A DNA stretch of 63,689 nt, filler included, from Chiloscyllium plagiosum (lineage: Eukaryota): the NCBI RefSeq assembly GCF_004010195.1. It is 5 parts of one record of this genome, joined end to end, with 100 filler letters (N's around TTAATTAATTAA, not from the genome) between each part and the next. Parts side by side here need not be neighbours in the genome. Positions count along the whole stretch, not along the records: positions 19,932 to 34,861 come from NC_057715.1; positions 34,962 to 58,518 come from NC_057715.1; 3 more parts are not named here. One strand, given 5' to 3'. Positions 24,165 to 37,406 of this stretch are shown here, in pieces. The position numbers and the translations under genes are program-made. The notes beneath the pieces were generated by a model, which saw only the letters and a program-made list of their open reading frames with translations, was not told where the DNA came from and did not search any database. Numbering within the stretch: position 1 is the stretch's first letter; each line of letters begins with the position of its first letter.

Positions 24165-26815
24165 GTCATCTGCATACTTTGACACACTACCCATGGTCCC
24201 CAACTCCAAATCATCTATATAAATTGTGAATAATTGCGGTCTCAACCCTGATCCCTGAAGCACACCACTCATTTCTGATTGCCAACCAGAATAGCACTCA
24301 TTTATCCCCACTCTTTGCTTCCTGTTAGTCAATGAATCCTATATCCATACTAATACTTTACCCGTAACGCCATGCATCTTTATCTTATGCAGCAATGTCT
24401 TGTGCGACACCTTGTTGAAGGCCTTTTGGAAGTCAGGTACACTACATCTACTGGGTACCCATTGTCAACCGTGCTCGTAATGTCTTCATTGAATTCCAAT
24501 AGATTAGTTAAGCATGACCTGCCCTTCATAAATCCAAACTGCATCTGTTCAACTGGACAGTTTCTATCTCGATGCCTTGCTATTTCTTCCTTGGTAATAA
24601 ACTCAAGCATCTTCCCCACTACAGAAGTTAAGCTAACTGGTCTATAATTCCCCATTTTTGTCTACCTCCCTTTTTTAGACAGCGGTGTCACATTTGCTGT
24701 TTTCCAATCTGCTGGAACTGCCCCAGAGTCCAGGAAATGTTGTAAAATTACCATAGGAGCACTTGCTATTTCTCCCGCCATCTCTTTTAGTACCCCGGGG
24801 TGCATTCCATCAGGGCCAGGAGACTTGTCTATCCTTAGCTCCATTAGCTTACCAACAATACCTCTTCTGTAATAATGATTGTTTCCAGGTCCTCAGCTAC
24901 CTTCCCTTCTTTGTCAATTACTGGCATGTTATTAGTGTCCTCCACTGTGAAGACCGACACAAAATACCTATCAATGCCTCGGCCATTTCATCATATCCCA
25001 TGACTAAATGTCCCCTCTCATCTTCTAAAGGACCAACATTTACTTCAGCCACTTTTTTTTTGTTTTGTTATATATATTTTTAGAAACTTTTGCTATCTAT
25101 CTTTATAGTCTGTGCTCGTTTTTTTTTCTCGTGTTCTTTTTATTTATAGCTCTTTCTGGCTTCTAAAGCTTTCCCAATTTTCTAGTTTCCTGTTGATCTT
25201 TGCCACTTTGTATGCCTTCTCTTTCAATTTGATAGCCTCCCTTATTTCCTTCGACACCCATGGCAGATTACCCCTTTTCTTACAGTCCTTACCTTCCACT
25301 GGAATATTCTTTTGCTGAGCACTTTGAAAAATTGCTTTGAAAGTCCTCCACTGCTCGTGAACTGTCCCACCATAAAATTTTTGTTTCCAGTCTACGTCAG
25401 CCAAGTCCTCCCTCATCCTATTGTAATGTCCCTTCTTTAAGCACAGGACCCTAGTATTAGATTCTATCTTCACATTCTCCATTTGTATTCTAAATTCCAC
25501 TGTTAGGATACAGGATAAACCCCTCTGCTAATTTAAACCCAATACAGAGAAACTTCCCTCACCCATTAATCTGTTAAACTTCAAGAGGCAAAGAACTATT
25601 CCAGATTTCACCATTATTTAAAGTAAAAATTAACAATTTTATTCTTTAGGTCCAACAGAGAACATTAAAACCACTATTTACAACTCCTTTCTCTTGAACC
25701 AATCTTACCGCCCACTCTACAATACTGGTCCAATTTTTTAAAAAATCTGATTAAGATTTACAAAAGAAAAATCACATTTCAAAACCAGTCAGCTTTGTCG
25801 GTTATCCTTTGTAGATTTTCCTCAGATTTTTCTCTAGGTTTTCCTGGGTCGTCTCTTCTGCTGCTGCACAATATTTCTTACGAATAGTTATCTTTCAGAG
25901 AGCTATTTGGCTAGCAGTCAGTACTTGTTCGTTTTCTTGGCAGTTCTCCTCCTAATTGTCCAACGTGTCCGGTTTTATACCTAAAAACATCAGATAATTT
26001 CATTGGTTAGATTTCATTGAAACACTAAATTCAAATTTGATTGGAATTTGGTATCGGGGGCATAATTTAAACTGGCCGAGTTTGAATTTGTGTTTGTTCC
26101 ATGGCAACACAACTCCAGCTATTTGTTTCAACCAAATGTTACATTTTTGCCTTATTCAGGACCCTTGTGATTTCAGTCAGTCCTTGCTAGCTTCCTCTCT
26201 CTCAAAGGTACAATATGCCTCTACACCTTCATAATGCAACCATAATGTGACTGCTCCTTCCAAGAGGATCCCTAGCTATGAGGTCACTAATTATTCCTGT
26301 CTCATTATATAGTTCCAGATCTAGGATAGCTTGCTCTCTTGTCGGTTCCATTACATACTGTTCAAGAAAGCTATCATGGATACACTCAACTAACTCCTCC
26401 TCAAGGCGACCCTGACCGAGATGGTTCGACTAATCAATGTGTAGATTAAAATCCCACATGATAATTGCCATACCATTTTTACAGGCATTAGTTATTTATT
26501 TGTTTATTGCCCACCCCAGTGTGATGTTGGTAGCCTATGGACTATGCCAATCAGTGACTTTTTCTTAGAATTTCTAATTTCCACCCAAATGGATTCAACC
26601 TAATTTTCCATAGAACCTATGTCATCCCTTATTACCGCCCTAATGTCGTCCTTGAATATCAGAGCTACAACAGCTCCCTTCCTGTCTGTCCTTCTGAATA
26701 GTCTGGTACCCCTGGATATTTAACTCCCAGTTGTGACCATCCTGTAACCATGTCTCCGTAATGACTACTAAATCATATTTATTCACAATGATTTGTACTG
26801 TTAACTCCACCTTCC
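24165..26815 (-). mobile_element. CR1 LINE (APE endonuclease to RT) interrupted by a solo LTR
   Basis: YDLVVITETWL, DKSPGPDGMHP, NYRPVSLTSVVGK and SKYADD motifs. Confidence 0.88.
25501..26236 (-). mobile_element. Probable solo LTR inserted in a CR1
   Basis: Begins TGTTA and cleanly interrupts CR1 endonuclease sequence. Imperfect 4-bp TSD (ccac/caac). Minus-strand TATAAAA at about 25975 followed by AATAAA at about 25640. Confidence 0.55.
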
Positions 26816-28227
26816 AACTGCTTCCCACAGATGAGGCAATGCTCCCGGAGCTCAGTGAGTTTTATACTCGCGTCGTGCTGCTACTCTGCCTTACAACTGC
26901 TCGTGGCAGACTAGGCCACACTCCCTGAGCTCAGTTTTGGCGATGCACAGTCTCCCACACTCTCCCAGTGTGTCTCAATCCCCTCAGTGTGTCTCCCCCA
27001 AAAACGTTGATTTTCCTGCTTCTCTGATCTTCCAGCACCACTCCAACCTTGACTCTGAAGTTCATCTTCAAGCCAGTCACTATCCAGACTTGGTACAATT
27101 TCGTCATTTCTATGCTGATGCTGGGTCAGTATTCTGGAATTCCCTCATTAATAACATTGTGGATGTACCATCACCATATTGACTGCAGAAGTTCAAGAAT
27201 GCAGATCAACATGACCACTTCCTGAAGGACAAAGAGGAATGAGCGATAAATGTTGACCTAGTCAGCAATGCTCAATTTTTAAAAATTATTTTTTGAATAT
27301 ATTATTGTAATATGATTTGAGCTCTCATCTTTTTGGTTGTAAATTTGGGTTCAATACATCAGCATGATGATATAATGATTGTATACTTTGGCTATAAATA
27401 CCATGCTAATCATTTTGAAGCATATCACATCTGCCTGCCTGATGTGACTGGCACTGTTTCCCCATATCATCTTATAGTCCCAGGATATCCTGGTAAAGTC
27501 CTTCCTAAACTCTTTTTGCCATCTGTCAAATAATCCTTCAGCTCCTGCTCCTGCCTTACTCTTGCCCCTGCATTCAAGATTAATGATTGAGGAACATCAT
27601 GGCATCGGTATAAACTCATCCTGCTCCAGATCAGTGCATCACACGACAGCCTTGGCTGATACCTTCAGTTGAGAATAGTGGAAAGTTGTTATTTTATTCT
27701 TTATTAGACTGTTTTTTAAATTTAAAATAGGGCTGCCTCAAGTGCAGGACTGCAGAGTGGGACAACACATCTGATTCCATTCTCATTTTAAAATTTCTGG
27801 GGCAAAATTGACAGAGCTTTTTTCAATAACTGTCTTCCACCCATCCTTGTGCCAGGGTTCTGAGAGATGAAGCTACCCTCCAGTACCAGCTGTAGGAGCA
27901 CCAAACATATGCAATTTGAGATGGGGTTATTGGGAAAAAAAATACAGAATGTCCTTTTTATAAATAATGACCTTAACCAAAGCTGACATTGTATCGGAAC
28001 AAGGTCATTATTAAAAGCAGTGTGGTGGGAATTGTATACTTTTGAAGATGGCAGGAGAAGTAGGTAAGGCTGTTTCTTTGTAATAAAAGAAAGGAAAGGG
28101 TTTCATAGATTTCTAATAGAACATGAAGAAAGGAAGTGATCTTAAACTTTCTTAAATCATTGGTTAGGTTTCTTCTGGAATATTGTGTCCAGTTCTTAGT
28201 ACCACAATTTGAAAAGGATGTTGAGGT

Positions 28228-31200
28228 CAGAGTCATAGAGCTGTACAGCATGCAAACGGACCATTTGTTCCAACTCATCCATGCTGACCAGATATCCTAA
28301 ATTAATCTAGTCCCATCTGCCAGCATTTGACCCATATCCATCCAAGCCGTTCCTATTCATATACCCATCCGGATGCCTTTTAAATATTGTTATTGTACCA
28401 GCATCTACTACTTCCTCTGGCAGCTCATCCGCCACCTACATGAAACAGTTGTTCCTTAGGTCCCTTTTAAATCTTTCCCCTCTCACTCTAAACCGATGCC
28501 TTCTAGTTTTGGACTACCCTACTCTGGGGGGAAAAAACCTTGGCTATTCACCGTCTTTGCCCTTCATGATTTTATAAACCCTGATAAGGTCACCCCATAG
28601 GCTCCGAAGATCCGGGGAAAATAGCCACAGCGTATTCAGCCTCTTCCTAGAGCTCAAACCCTTCAACCCTGACAGCATTGTTGTAAATCTTTTCTGAACC
28701 CTTTCAAGTTTTACAACCTCCTTCCTATACCAAGGGATCAGAATGGAACATTGTATTTCAAAAGCCTAACCAAGTCCTGTATAGTCACAACATGACCTCC
28801 CAACTCCTATGCTCAATGCACTGACCAATAAAGACAATCATACCGCCTTCACTATCCTATCTACCTGTGACTCCACTTCCAAGAAATTATGAACCTTCAC
28901 TCTTTGTTCAACAACACTCCCCAGGAGTATTATACCATTTAAGTGTATAAGTCCTGCCCTGATCTGTCTTACCAAAATGAAACACTTCACATTTATCTAA
29001 ACTAAACTTCATCTGCCACTCCTCAGTCCATCTGATCAAGGTCCCTTTGTACTTTTGAGGTAACCTTGGCTGTCCACTACACCACTAGCTTTGATGTCAA
29101 ATGCAAACTTACTATGTTCACATGCAAATCATTTTATATAAATGACGAAAATCAGTGGACCCAACGCCGAAGCTTATGGCGCACTGTTGGTCACAGACCT
29201 CTGGTTTGAAAAGCAACCCTCCACCACCACCCTGTGTCTACTATCTGGCTAAGTCTCCCTGTATTCCATATGATCTAACTTTGCTGAACAATCTACCATG
29301 AGGAACCATGTTGAACGCCTTACTGAAGTCCATATAGATCATGTCCACCACTCTGCCTTCATCTGTCCTCTTTGTTACTTTTTCAAACAAACTCAATTAA
29401 GTTAGTGAGACATGGTATCCCACTCACAAAGTCATTTGATTATCCCAAATCAGTTCTTGCCTTCCCAAAGGTAGAGAGCAGATGAATGCAAAAGAGCTGT
29501 TGGTCTGAAATGTGCAGGATAGGCATGTCCCTTTGAAAACAAGGGATAGGAAAGGCAAGATTCGTGAACCGTGGATGAGGGGAGAAGTCGTGCGATTAGC
29601 CAGGAGGAAAAGGGAAGCGTACACAAGGTCCAGGCAACTAAGAACAGAGCGGGCCATGGAAGAATATTGGGAGAATAGGACCAATCTTACACGAAGAATC
29701 AAGCAGGCTTAAAGGAGTCATGAAATAACTTTAGTGAGCAGAACTAAAGAGAATCCCAAGGCCTTTTATTCTTATATAAGAAGTAAGAGGGTAACCCGAG
29801 AGAGGATTGGTCCACTAAAAGATAAGGAAGGAAGGTTGTGTCGAACCTGAGAAAATGGGTGAGATTCTCAATGATTACTTTGTATCAGTGTTCACTGGGG
29901 AATGGGAGATTATAAATGTTGAGATTAGAGATAGAAGTTTGTTTACTCTGGATCACATTGACATAAGTAGGGAAGATGTGTTAGTTAGGCTAGAGGTTAT
30001 TAAGGTGGACAAATCCCTGGAACCAGATGGGATCTATCCCAGGTTACTGAGGGAGGCGAGAGAGGAAATAGCTGGAGCCCTGACAGATATCTTTATGGTA
30101 TCCTTAAATACAGGTGAGGTGCCGGACGACTGGAGGGTTGCTTATGTAGTTCCCCTGTACAAGAAGGGTAGTAGGGATATTCTGGGTAACTACAGACCAG
30201 TGAGCCTGATGTCAGTGCTGGAGAAGTTGCTGGAGAAGGTACCGAGGGATAAAATCTATTTATATTTGGAAGAGAATGGGCTTATCAGTGATAGGCAACA
30301 TGGTTTTGTGTGGGGTAGATCGTGCCTTACCAAATTGAGTTTTTTGAGGAAGTGACCAAGTTGATAGATGAAGGAAGGGCTGTAGATGTCATATACATGG
30401 ACTTTAGTAAAGCATTTGATAAGTAGGTGGAGCAGTGGCAGATGGCTTTCAATCCAGACAAATGTGAGGTGATGCATTTTGGGAAATCTAATTCTAGAGC
30501 GAACTATACTGTAAACGGAAGAGCCTTGGGAAAAGTTGATGGGCAGAGAGATCTGGGAGCGCAGCTCCATTGTACCCTGAAGGTGGCTGCACAGGTGGAT
30601 AGAGTGGTCAGGAAGGCACATGCTATGCTTGCCTTCATCGGACGGGGTATCGAGTATACGAGCTGGCAGGTCATGTTAAAATTGTACACAACGTTGGTTC
30701 AGCCGCATTTAGAATACTGTGTACAGTTCTGGTCGCCACTTTACCAAAAGGATGTGGACGCTTTGAAGAGGGGGCAGAGAAGGTTTACGAGGATGTTGCC
30801 TGGTATGGAAGGTGCTAGCTATGAAGAGAGGTTGAGTAGGTTAGGATTGTTTTCATTAGAAAAAAGGAGATTGAGGGGGGAGCTGATTGAGGTCTTCAAA
30901 ATCATGAAGGGTGTAGTGTGCTTCCAATTAAACCTGTTGGACTATAACCTGGTGTTGTGTGATTTTTAACTATGAACGGTGTAGACAGGGTAGATAGAGA
31001 TAAGCTTTATCCCAGGGTGAGAGATTAAATAATGAGAGGACACTCATTCAAGGTGAAAGGTGAAAAGTTTAAGGGGGATATATGCAGCAAATACTTTGCA
31101 CAGAGGGTGGTAGGTGCCTGGAACAAGTTGCCAGCAGGGATGGTAGAGGCATGCACAGTAGATTCATTTAAGGTGCATCTGGACAGATACATAAGTAGGT

Positions 31201-32675
31201 GGGGAGCAGAGGGATACAGATGCCTAGGAATTGGACGATAGTTTTAGACAGTGGATTTGGATCGGCTCAGGCTTGGAGGGCCGAAGGGCCTGTTCCTGGC
31301 CTGTAAATTTTCTTTGTTCTTTGTTCAAATACATGTACATCCTGTCCCTCAGGATCCCCTCCAACAACTTGCCCACCACTGATGTCAGGCTTACCAGTCT
31401 ATAGTTCCCTGGCTTTTCCTAAGCACCTTTCTGAAATAGTGGCACCATGTTGGCTCACCTGCAGCCTTCTGGCACCTCACCTGTGGCTATCAGTGATAGA
31501 AATATGTCAGCAAGGAATTCGGTAATCACATCCCTTGCTTCCCACAAAGTTCTAGAACATCATAAATTCTCCAATGGTGCCCTATACCACATCTGTCCTT
31601 CATAATTACACAACCAGTATGCACAACCTTCCAATTCTATCCAATATGTATTGGACAAAACATTTGCATTCCTTGGGGCAAAACACATCTAATCATCAAA
31701 TAAAAGCTTCATCGAATACAGTATCATTAAGACTGAGGAAAAATGCATTTTTCCATATAAAAATAAAAATTCACAATCCTAAAACCTATTGTCTTGTGTC
31801 AACAAATCAGATGCCCTAACCAAATCACAAACCTTTATGCGTTTTAAGACCTCCACCACTACCACCTCTGTAATATGGGCATTTTTCAAGATGTCACTAT
31901 TTCTTTCCCCAAGTTCTTTAACTTCCATATCTTTCTCCACAGTAAACAATGATACAAAATGCTCATATAGTGTCTTACCATCTCCTGTGGTTCCACACAC
32001 AGGCAGCCACGCTCATCTTAAGGGGCCCCATTCTTTCCTGAGTTACTTTTTTGTCCTTTAATGTATTTGTAGAATCCCTTTGGATTCTCCTTAACACTAT
32101 TTTCCAAAGCTATCTCATGTCCCATTTTTTCCCTCCTGATTTCCCTCTTAAGTATAGTTCTGCTGACTTTATAATCTTATAGGCATTCACTTGTCTCTGC
32201 TGTCTATACCTGGCACATGCTTCCTTCTTTTTCTTTACCAAATTGTCAATTTCTCTAGTCATCCAGCCTTGTCCTTCACTGTAACAGGAACATACTGCCC
32301 TTGGACCTTCATTATCGCTTTTATTTAAAGCTTCTACTTTCCAGCTGTCCCTTTTACCTGCGAGTATCTGCCCCAATCAACTTTTGAAAGTTCTTGCCTG
32401 ATACTGTCAAAATTGGCCTTCCTCCGGTTTGATACTTTAACCTTGAGATCTGGTTTATCCTTTTCCATCACTATTTTGAAACTAATAGAATTATGGTCAC
32501 TGGCTCCAGAGTGCTCCACTACTGACAACTCAGTCACCTGCCCTGCCTTATTTCCCAAGAGTACAACGTTTTCTCTAGTAGGTACATCCACAAACAGAAT
32601 CAGCAAATTTTCTTTGTAGACACTGAACAAATTCCTCTCCATCTAAAGCCTTAACACTATAGCAATCCCACTGTA
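28228..32675 (-). mobile_element. CR1 LINE interrupted at about 29470-31326 by a second CR1
   Basis: Homologous to 4605-6560. Breaks at 29469 and resumes at 31327 with AAATACATGTACATCC. Confidence 0.85.
29470..31326 (+). mobile_element. Nested CR1 LINE with internal RT deletion
   Basis: ORFs 29855-30355 and 30427-30969, (TTCTTTG)n tail. Jumps from YMDFSKAFDK straight to EQWQMAFNPDKCEV at about 30423. Confidence 0.88.
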
Positions 32676-32677
32676 TA

Positions 32678-33500
32678 CAGAGGAAACTCGATTGTCTGAA
32701 CAAGGTGAGCGGGCAATACTTGGTTCAGATAATTGATTGAGGAGAAAGTGAGGACTGCAGATGCTGGGCTCATGCCCGAAACGTTGATTCTCCTGCTCCT
32801 TGGATGCTGCCTGACATGCTGTGCTCTTCGAGCAACACATTTTCAGCTCAGATAATTGATTGTTCATTTAATTGATTTCCTCTGGGGCTTGGAGTTTTCT
32901 GTGAAGACTGCTCTCCATTCAGGAGATGAGGCAGCAGTACATCATGCATGAGCCCCACCCCCAATCCCGTCCGCTCCCACCCCACCTGCTTCCAATCCCG
33001 TCTTCCCTCAACTCCATCCACCCTTACCTTCTGTCTCCTCCCCCCCCCCCCACCCCCGGCAGGCAGCCAGTCTGTACACCAACAGTCAGACTGCTGCTGC
33101 TTTTATGGGTTAAGTCTCCAAAGAGAGAGAGAGAGCACACGTGCGCACACACACAGCTTTTAACCACAACATTCTGACAGGAGTTTCACCTTTGCCCTGT
33201 ACAGGACAATATTGGAGAGATTATCTGGGGAAAGGGGGTTCATGGTACACCCCTATGTAGATCTCCAGGGAGAGTGTGGGGGGACAGAGGGAAGGTGGGA
33301 GGTCAGCCATTTAGAGATGGTGCCTGGACTGTCCAGGACTGTTCTCAGCAGCATTTCAGTGAGCCAAGTTCATTTTTAATTATTGTACCTGTAAACAAAA
33401 GACATGATCATGGTTGAAACAGCTCTTTGATGTAATGTTTCTATCGGGACCTCGGGATCTCCTTCGGATAATTGATATTTGGATAATCGAGGTTCCTCTG
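32678..33500. mobile_element. Non-autonomous pogo/Tigger-like DNA transposon (MITE)
   Basis: TIRs CAGAGGAAACTCGATTGTCTGAA and (reverse complement) CAGAGGAACCTCGATTATCCAAA, with TA on both sides. Interrupts a CR1 that resumes at 33501. Contains a nested PLE fragment (32739-32847, TSD TCAGATAATTGATTG). Confidence 0.75.
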
Positions 33501-34694
33501 TATTTGGAAAGTTAAACTCCTTTACCATTACCACCCTATTCTCTTACAAATAACTGAGATCTTCTTACAAATTTGCTGCTTGGTTTCCTGCTGACTATTG
33601 GGTGGTTGGGAGTGTCTATAGTGCCAACAATGTGATCATTGCATTCTTATTTCTCAGTACCAGCCAAATAACCTTCCTGGATGTACTCCCAGGAATATCC
33701 TCCCTCAGCACAGCCATAATGTTGTCCCTAATCAAAAACATCACTCCCCTCCTCTCGCCGCCCATTTCTATCCTTCCTATAGCATCCATACCCTGGCCAG
33801 ACCTATCCAATCCTGAGCAACATCTCTATAATCGCTATGATATCCCAATCCCATGTTCCCAACCTTTCACAGAGACCTGTTGGGCATCTTGAATTGAAAT
33901 AAATGCAGTTTAATTTTTCAGTCCGACTTCATTCTCTTCTTTGTTCTTGCCTACCCTGACTGTTTCACTTGCTCCTTTTCCAACTGCACCAGTCTCAGAC
34001 TGATCTCTTTTCTCACTATCTCCTGGGTTCCTCCCACACCTCATGAGACATAATCATAAGCAACATTAAAATTCTCCCTAATCTCCCATATCTGACAGGA
34101 AGTGCACATCAGGAAGGAGAAAGTGAGGACTGCAGGTGCTGGAGGTCCTGATAAAGAGCATTTGCTTGAAACATCGACTCTCCTGCTTCTCTGATGCTGC
34201 CTGACCAGCTGTGCTTTTCCACATGAAGTGCATATCACTCTAGTGAATGCCATCTTTGCATCTTAACAAGCCAAAGAGCCAGAAAAAAGCAAAGACTTGC
34301 TGCTTTAAAAACACTGCTCCAAAATAACTTAGCATCAATGTTTTATATTTTCAAAAGTTCATCAAGAGACTGATCCCAATAAAACATAGAATCAAAAGAA
34401 AACCCCACCCAACTCCATTCAGTATTGTAGATTTAAGGAGACAGTCCCGAGGGTGAAGTGATGAGACTAGAGAAGCTGAAATGTTTTCCTTTGAGCAGAG
34501 AGGATTAAGAAGGAATGTCATTAAGAAATTAAAATTAAAAGACATTTTTACCGATGGAAGAGTTTGTAACCAGAGGTCACAGATCCAAGATAGTTAGCAA
34601 ATTAAGCAGTGGGTGGAGATGGGGCGATGTGTTTATGCTCTGATTTGGAATACTGTGGGACAATCACTTGGAGGCCTGATAACCTCCCATCTTG

Positions 34695-34861
34695 CTTTCT
34701 TCCCTCTTCTCTCTCTCTCTCTTTCTATCCTCTCTCTACCCTCTCCATTTCTCTCTCTCTCGCTCTCTATCTCGCTCTCTCCTTTATCTCGCTCTCTCCT
34801 TTATCTCGCTCTCTCCTTTATCTCGCTCTCTCCTTTATCTCGCTCTCTCCTTTATCTCGCC
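34695..34861. repeat. CT-rich tract and 17-bp tandem repeat
   Basis: (TCTCTCCTTTATCTCGC)n up to the linker gap. Confidence 0.85.
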
Positions 34862-34961
34862 NNNNNNNNNNNNNNNNNNNNNNNNNNNNNNNNNNNNNNN
34901 NNNNNTTAATTAATTAANNNNNNNNNNNNNNNNNNNNNNNNNNNNNNNNNNNNNNNNNNNN
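34862..34961. other. Artificial scaffold linker
   Basis: 44 N + TTAATTAATTAA + 44 N. Confidence 0.95.
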
Positions 34962-35185
34962 ACACGGGGAGAGAGAGGGTGGGGATTGAGGGATGGGGAG
35001 AGAGAAGGTGGGGATCGAGGGACATGAGAGCGAGAGGGTGGGGATTGAGGGTCACATGGAGAGAGACAGTGGGGATTAAGGGACACAAGGGGAGAGAGAG
35101 GTTGGGGATCGAAGGACACGTGGAGAGAGAGGGTGGGGATCGAGAGACGTGAGGAGAGAGAGGTTGGGGATTGAGGGATACAAGG
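34962..35185. repeat. Degenerate purine-rich tandem repeat of about 30 bp
   Basis: GAGAGAGAGGGTGGGGAT(T/C)GAGGGACAC-like units. Confidence 0.8.
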
Positions 35186-35458
35186 CAGGCTGTGTAGATG
35201 GGATTTGAAGGATATGAGGAGGAGGCAGGTCAGTTGTCGATAGTGGTTTGCATGTCCTATCCCCCCAGTTTTACCCTTTCTCTGTTGGGGACAGAGTGTG
35301 AGCCTGTGTCAGTAAATCCCACACTGAGATCAGCAAAGTGAGCGGGTGACGAGGCTAAGAGATTTTCTACATCCCATCTCCTTTGACTCTGCGCTCTGTC
35401 AGTTAGTGGTTACTGCCCCAATACAAGGAACAAGCCTCAATCCTGGAACGTTCCAAAC

Positions 35459-35621
35459 CTCATCATGTCGTCAATCATCCTGCCGATGGAAATCTGGAGT
35501 GTTCCGAGGGTCTCGTGAGCTGGTAAGATGGATGTCAGTCTGGCTAAGCTCAGCATACTGGTGATTGCAAACAGTACCTCAGCTATCATCTGGGGGTCCT
35601 CCTGTCTCCATTCATGACGGT
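35459..35621 (-). CDS. TRPC2: TRPC2 exon (S4 and S4-S5 linker); last TRPC2 exon visible
   Basis: Acceptor ttgttgcAG, donor AG|gtttgg, 163 nt, phase 1-2. (D)RHEWRQEDPQMIAEVLFAITSMLSLARLTSILPAHETLGTLQISIGRMIDDMM(R). Confidence 0.95.
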
Positions 35622-36286
35622 CTGCAACAAGGCCATCGGTTAGACACCACCCAGACACCACAGACAAGCAAACCTTTGCACACTCTATAACTGAATTGAA
35701 TTAAATTGAATTTATTGTCCCGTGTACCGAGGCGCAGTGAAAAGCTTTGTCTTGTGAGCAATACAGACAGATCACAGAGTTAAGTCGCATAGATAATAAA
35801 TAATAGGTAAACAGTGGCAAAGTAATTTTAAAAACAATGCTATTAAGTTTAAAGAGTGTAGAACGATTGCAGGAAATAGGAAACTTAGATCTGCACGCAG
35901 GAGCCCACAAGGAGTCGACCATATCCGACACTGGGAGGTCATGTTGCGGCTGTACAGGACATTGGTTAGGCCACTGTTGGAATATTGCGTGCAATTCTGG
36001 TCTCCTTCCTATCGGAAAGATGTTGTGAAACTTGAAAGGGTTCAGAAAAGATTTACAAGGATGTTGCCNNNNNNNNNNNNNNNNNNNNNNNNNNNNGTGG
36101 TGGAGGCTGGTACAATTGCAACATTTAAGAGGCATTTGGATGGGTATATGAATAGGAAGGGTTTGGAGGGATATGGGCCGGGTGCTGGCAGGTGGGACTA
36201 GATTGGGTTGCGATATCTGGTCGGCATGGACGGGTTGGACCGAGGGGTCTGTTTCCGTGCTGTACATCTTTGTGACTCTATGACTA

Positions 36287-36481
36287 AGTTGCTGGAAAAT
36301 CTCAGCAGGCTTGGCAGCATCTGTGAAAAGAAATCAACTCAGTTCTGAGGCCGGGTAACCGGACCCGAAACGTTAACTCTGATTTCTCTCCACAGATGCT
36401 GCCAGACCTGCTGAGCTTTTCCAGCAACTTCTGGTTTTGTTTCTGATTTCCAGCATCCGCAGTTATTTCGGTTTTTATTTA
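36287..36481 (+). mobile_element. Short PLE LTR-derived element, third hammerhead family
   Basis: AGUU-CUGAGGC-C-GGGU..ACCC-GAAACGUU-AACU at 36341-36378 (4-bp helix I, core A9 mutated) with a partial inverted arm. A related degenerate copy lies at 42262-42490. Confidence 0.6.
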
Positions 36482-37055
36482 GGTTCTTGATCAGTTGGGA
36501 AATCATGGATTACGGGGAACATGGATGTGAGGAATGTGGGATCAGCCAGGACCCTATCAAATGGTGGAGTAGACTCAAGGGACTGAATGGCCTGTTCCTA
36601 TCTCTATGGTCTTAGAAATGTTCAGCAGGGACAGAGTGTGCAGGAGGTGATATTCATCTCCCCCACAGAATAGGATTGGTGCAGCTTGGGTTCTCTATTC
36701 CTGAGATCTAGCTATCAGAATGTGAGAGGAAAGAAATCTGGGGATGCTGGAAATCTGAAAAAGTGCACCGACACTGGAGGACCTTGGGAGAGCGAGAAAC
36801 TGTCAGCATTTCACTGACACCAGAACAACTCTCGTCACAACAACTCAGTCTCAATCCAATGATAGGGCTCAAACTATCAGATCGTGAGGCAAACAACTGT
36901 CAGGAAGTTAGGAGGAAGAAAATCTGCCGGCTCGTGTTATGATGTTGTTGGGATGTGGTGGGGGAGTTGCCCCCTGTGTTTGCGATGTTGTTACCAGACC
37001 GAGCTGGGCCGTTGAGGAGGGTCAGTAACAATGAGGGTTGGTGTGTGACACTCAC

Positions 37056-37256
37056 CAGCATCTGTAAAGTAGAAACAGTAGTAAGACGCACTGTCCGCCA
37101 AACAGTAGAGCTGCCCGCTGAGGTAAACCACAATGCGGAGGGCGAAGGATGCCAGGTACATGCTGAGAATAACGATATCCAGGAAGTTCCACCAGTCCAG
37201 CAGGTAGCTGCGTAAGCCCTCAATCCACACCTCCTTACACTCATACCAAAAAAATC
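37056..37256 (-). CDS. TRPC2: TRPC2 exon (S2-S3)
   Basis: Acceptor ctgttgacAG, donor G|gtgagt, 201 nt, phase 1-1. (G)FFWYECKEVWIEGLRSYLLDWWNFLDIVILSMYLASFALR...CFYFTDA. Confidence 0.95.
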
Positions 37257-37287
37257 CTGTCAACAGGGGAACACACTGGTTAGTGAT

Positions 37288-37406
37288 TGTCCCTTCGCAA
37301 AGCTCTCAGACACCCGCCCTCGGCCTCTGTCCCTTCACAAAGCTCTCAGACACCCACCCTCGGGCTCTGTCCCTTCACAAAGCTCTCAGACACCCGCCCT
37401 CGGCCT
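37288..37406. repeat. 40-bp tandem repeat x3
   Basis: TGTCCCTTC(G/A)CAAAGCTCTCAGACACCC(G/A)CCCTCGG.CTC, about 30 nt from a TRPC2 acceptor. Confidence 0.9.

Noticed and set aside
19932..34861. Missing TRPC2 3' exons or PGM2L1 3' exons in the middle segment
   Set aside because: I could not find FLCGLNN, LFWTMFG or EWKFAR (minus strand) or DPDADR and FEESIG (plus strand) by eye. A tBLASTn would be needed to exclude short exons.
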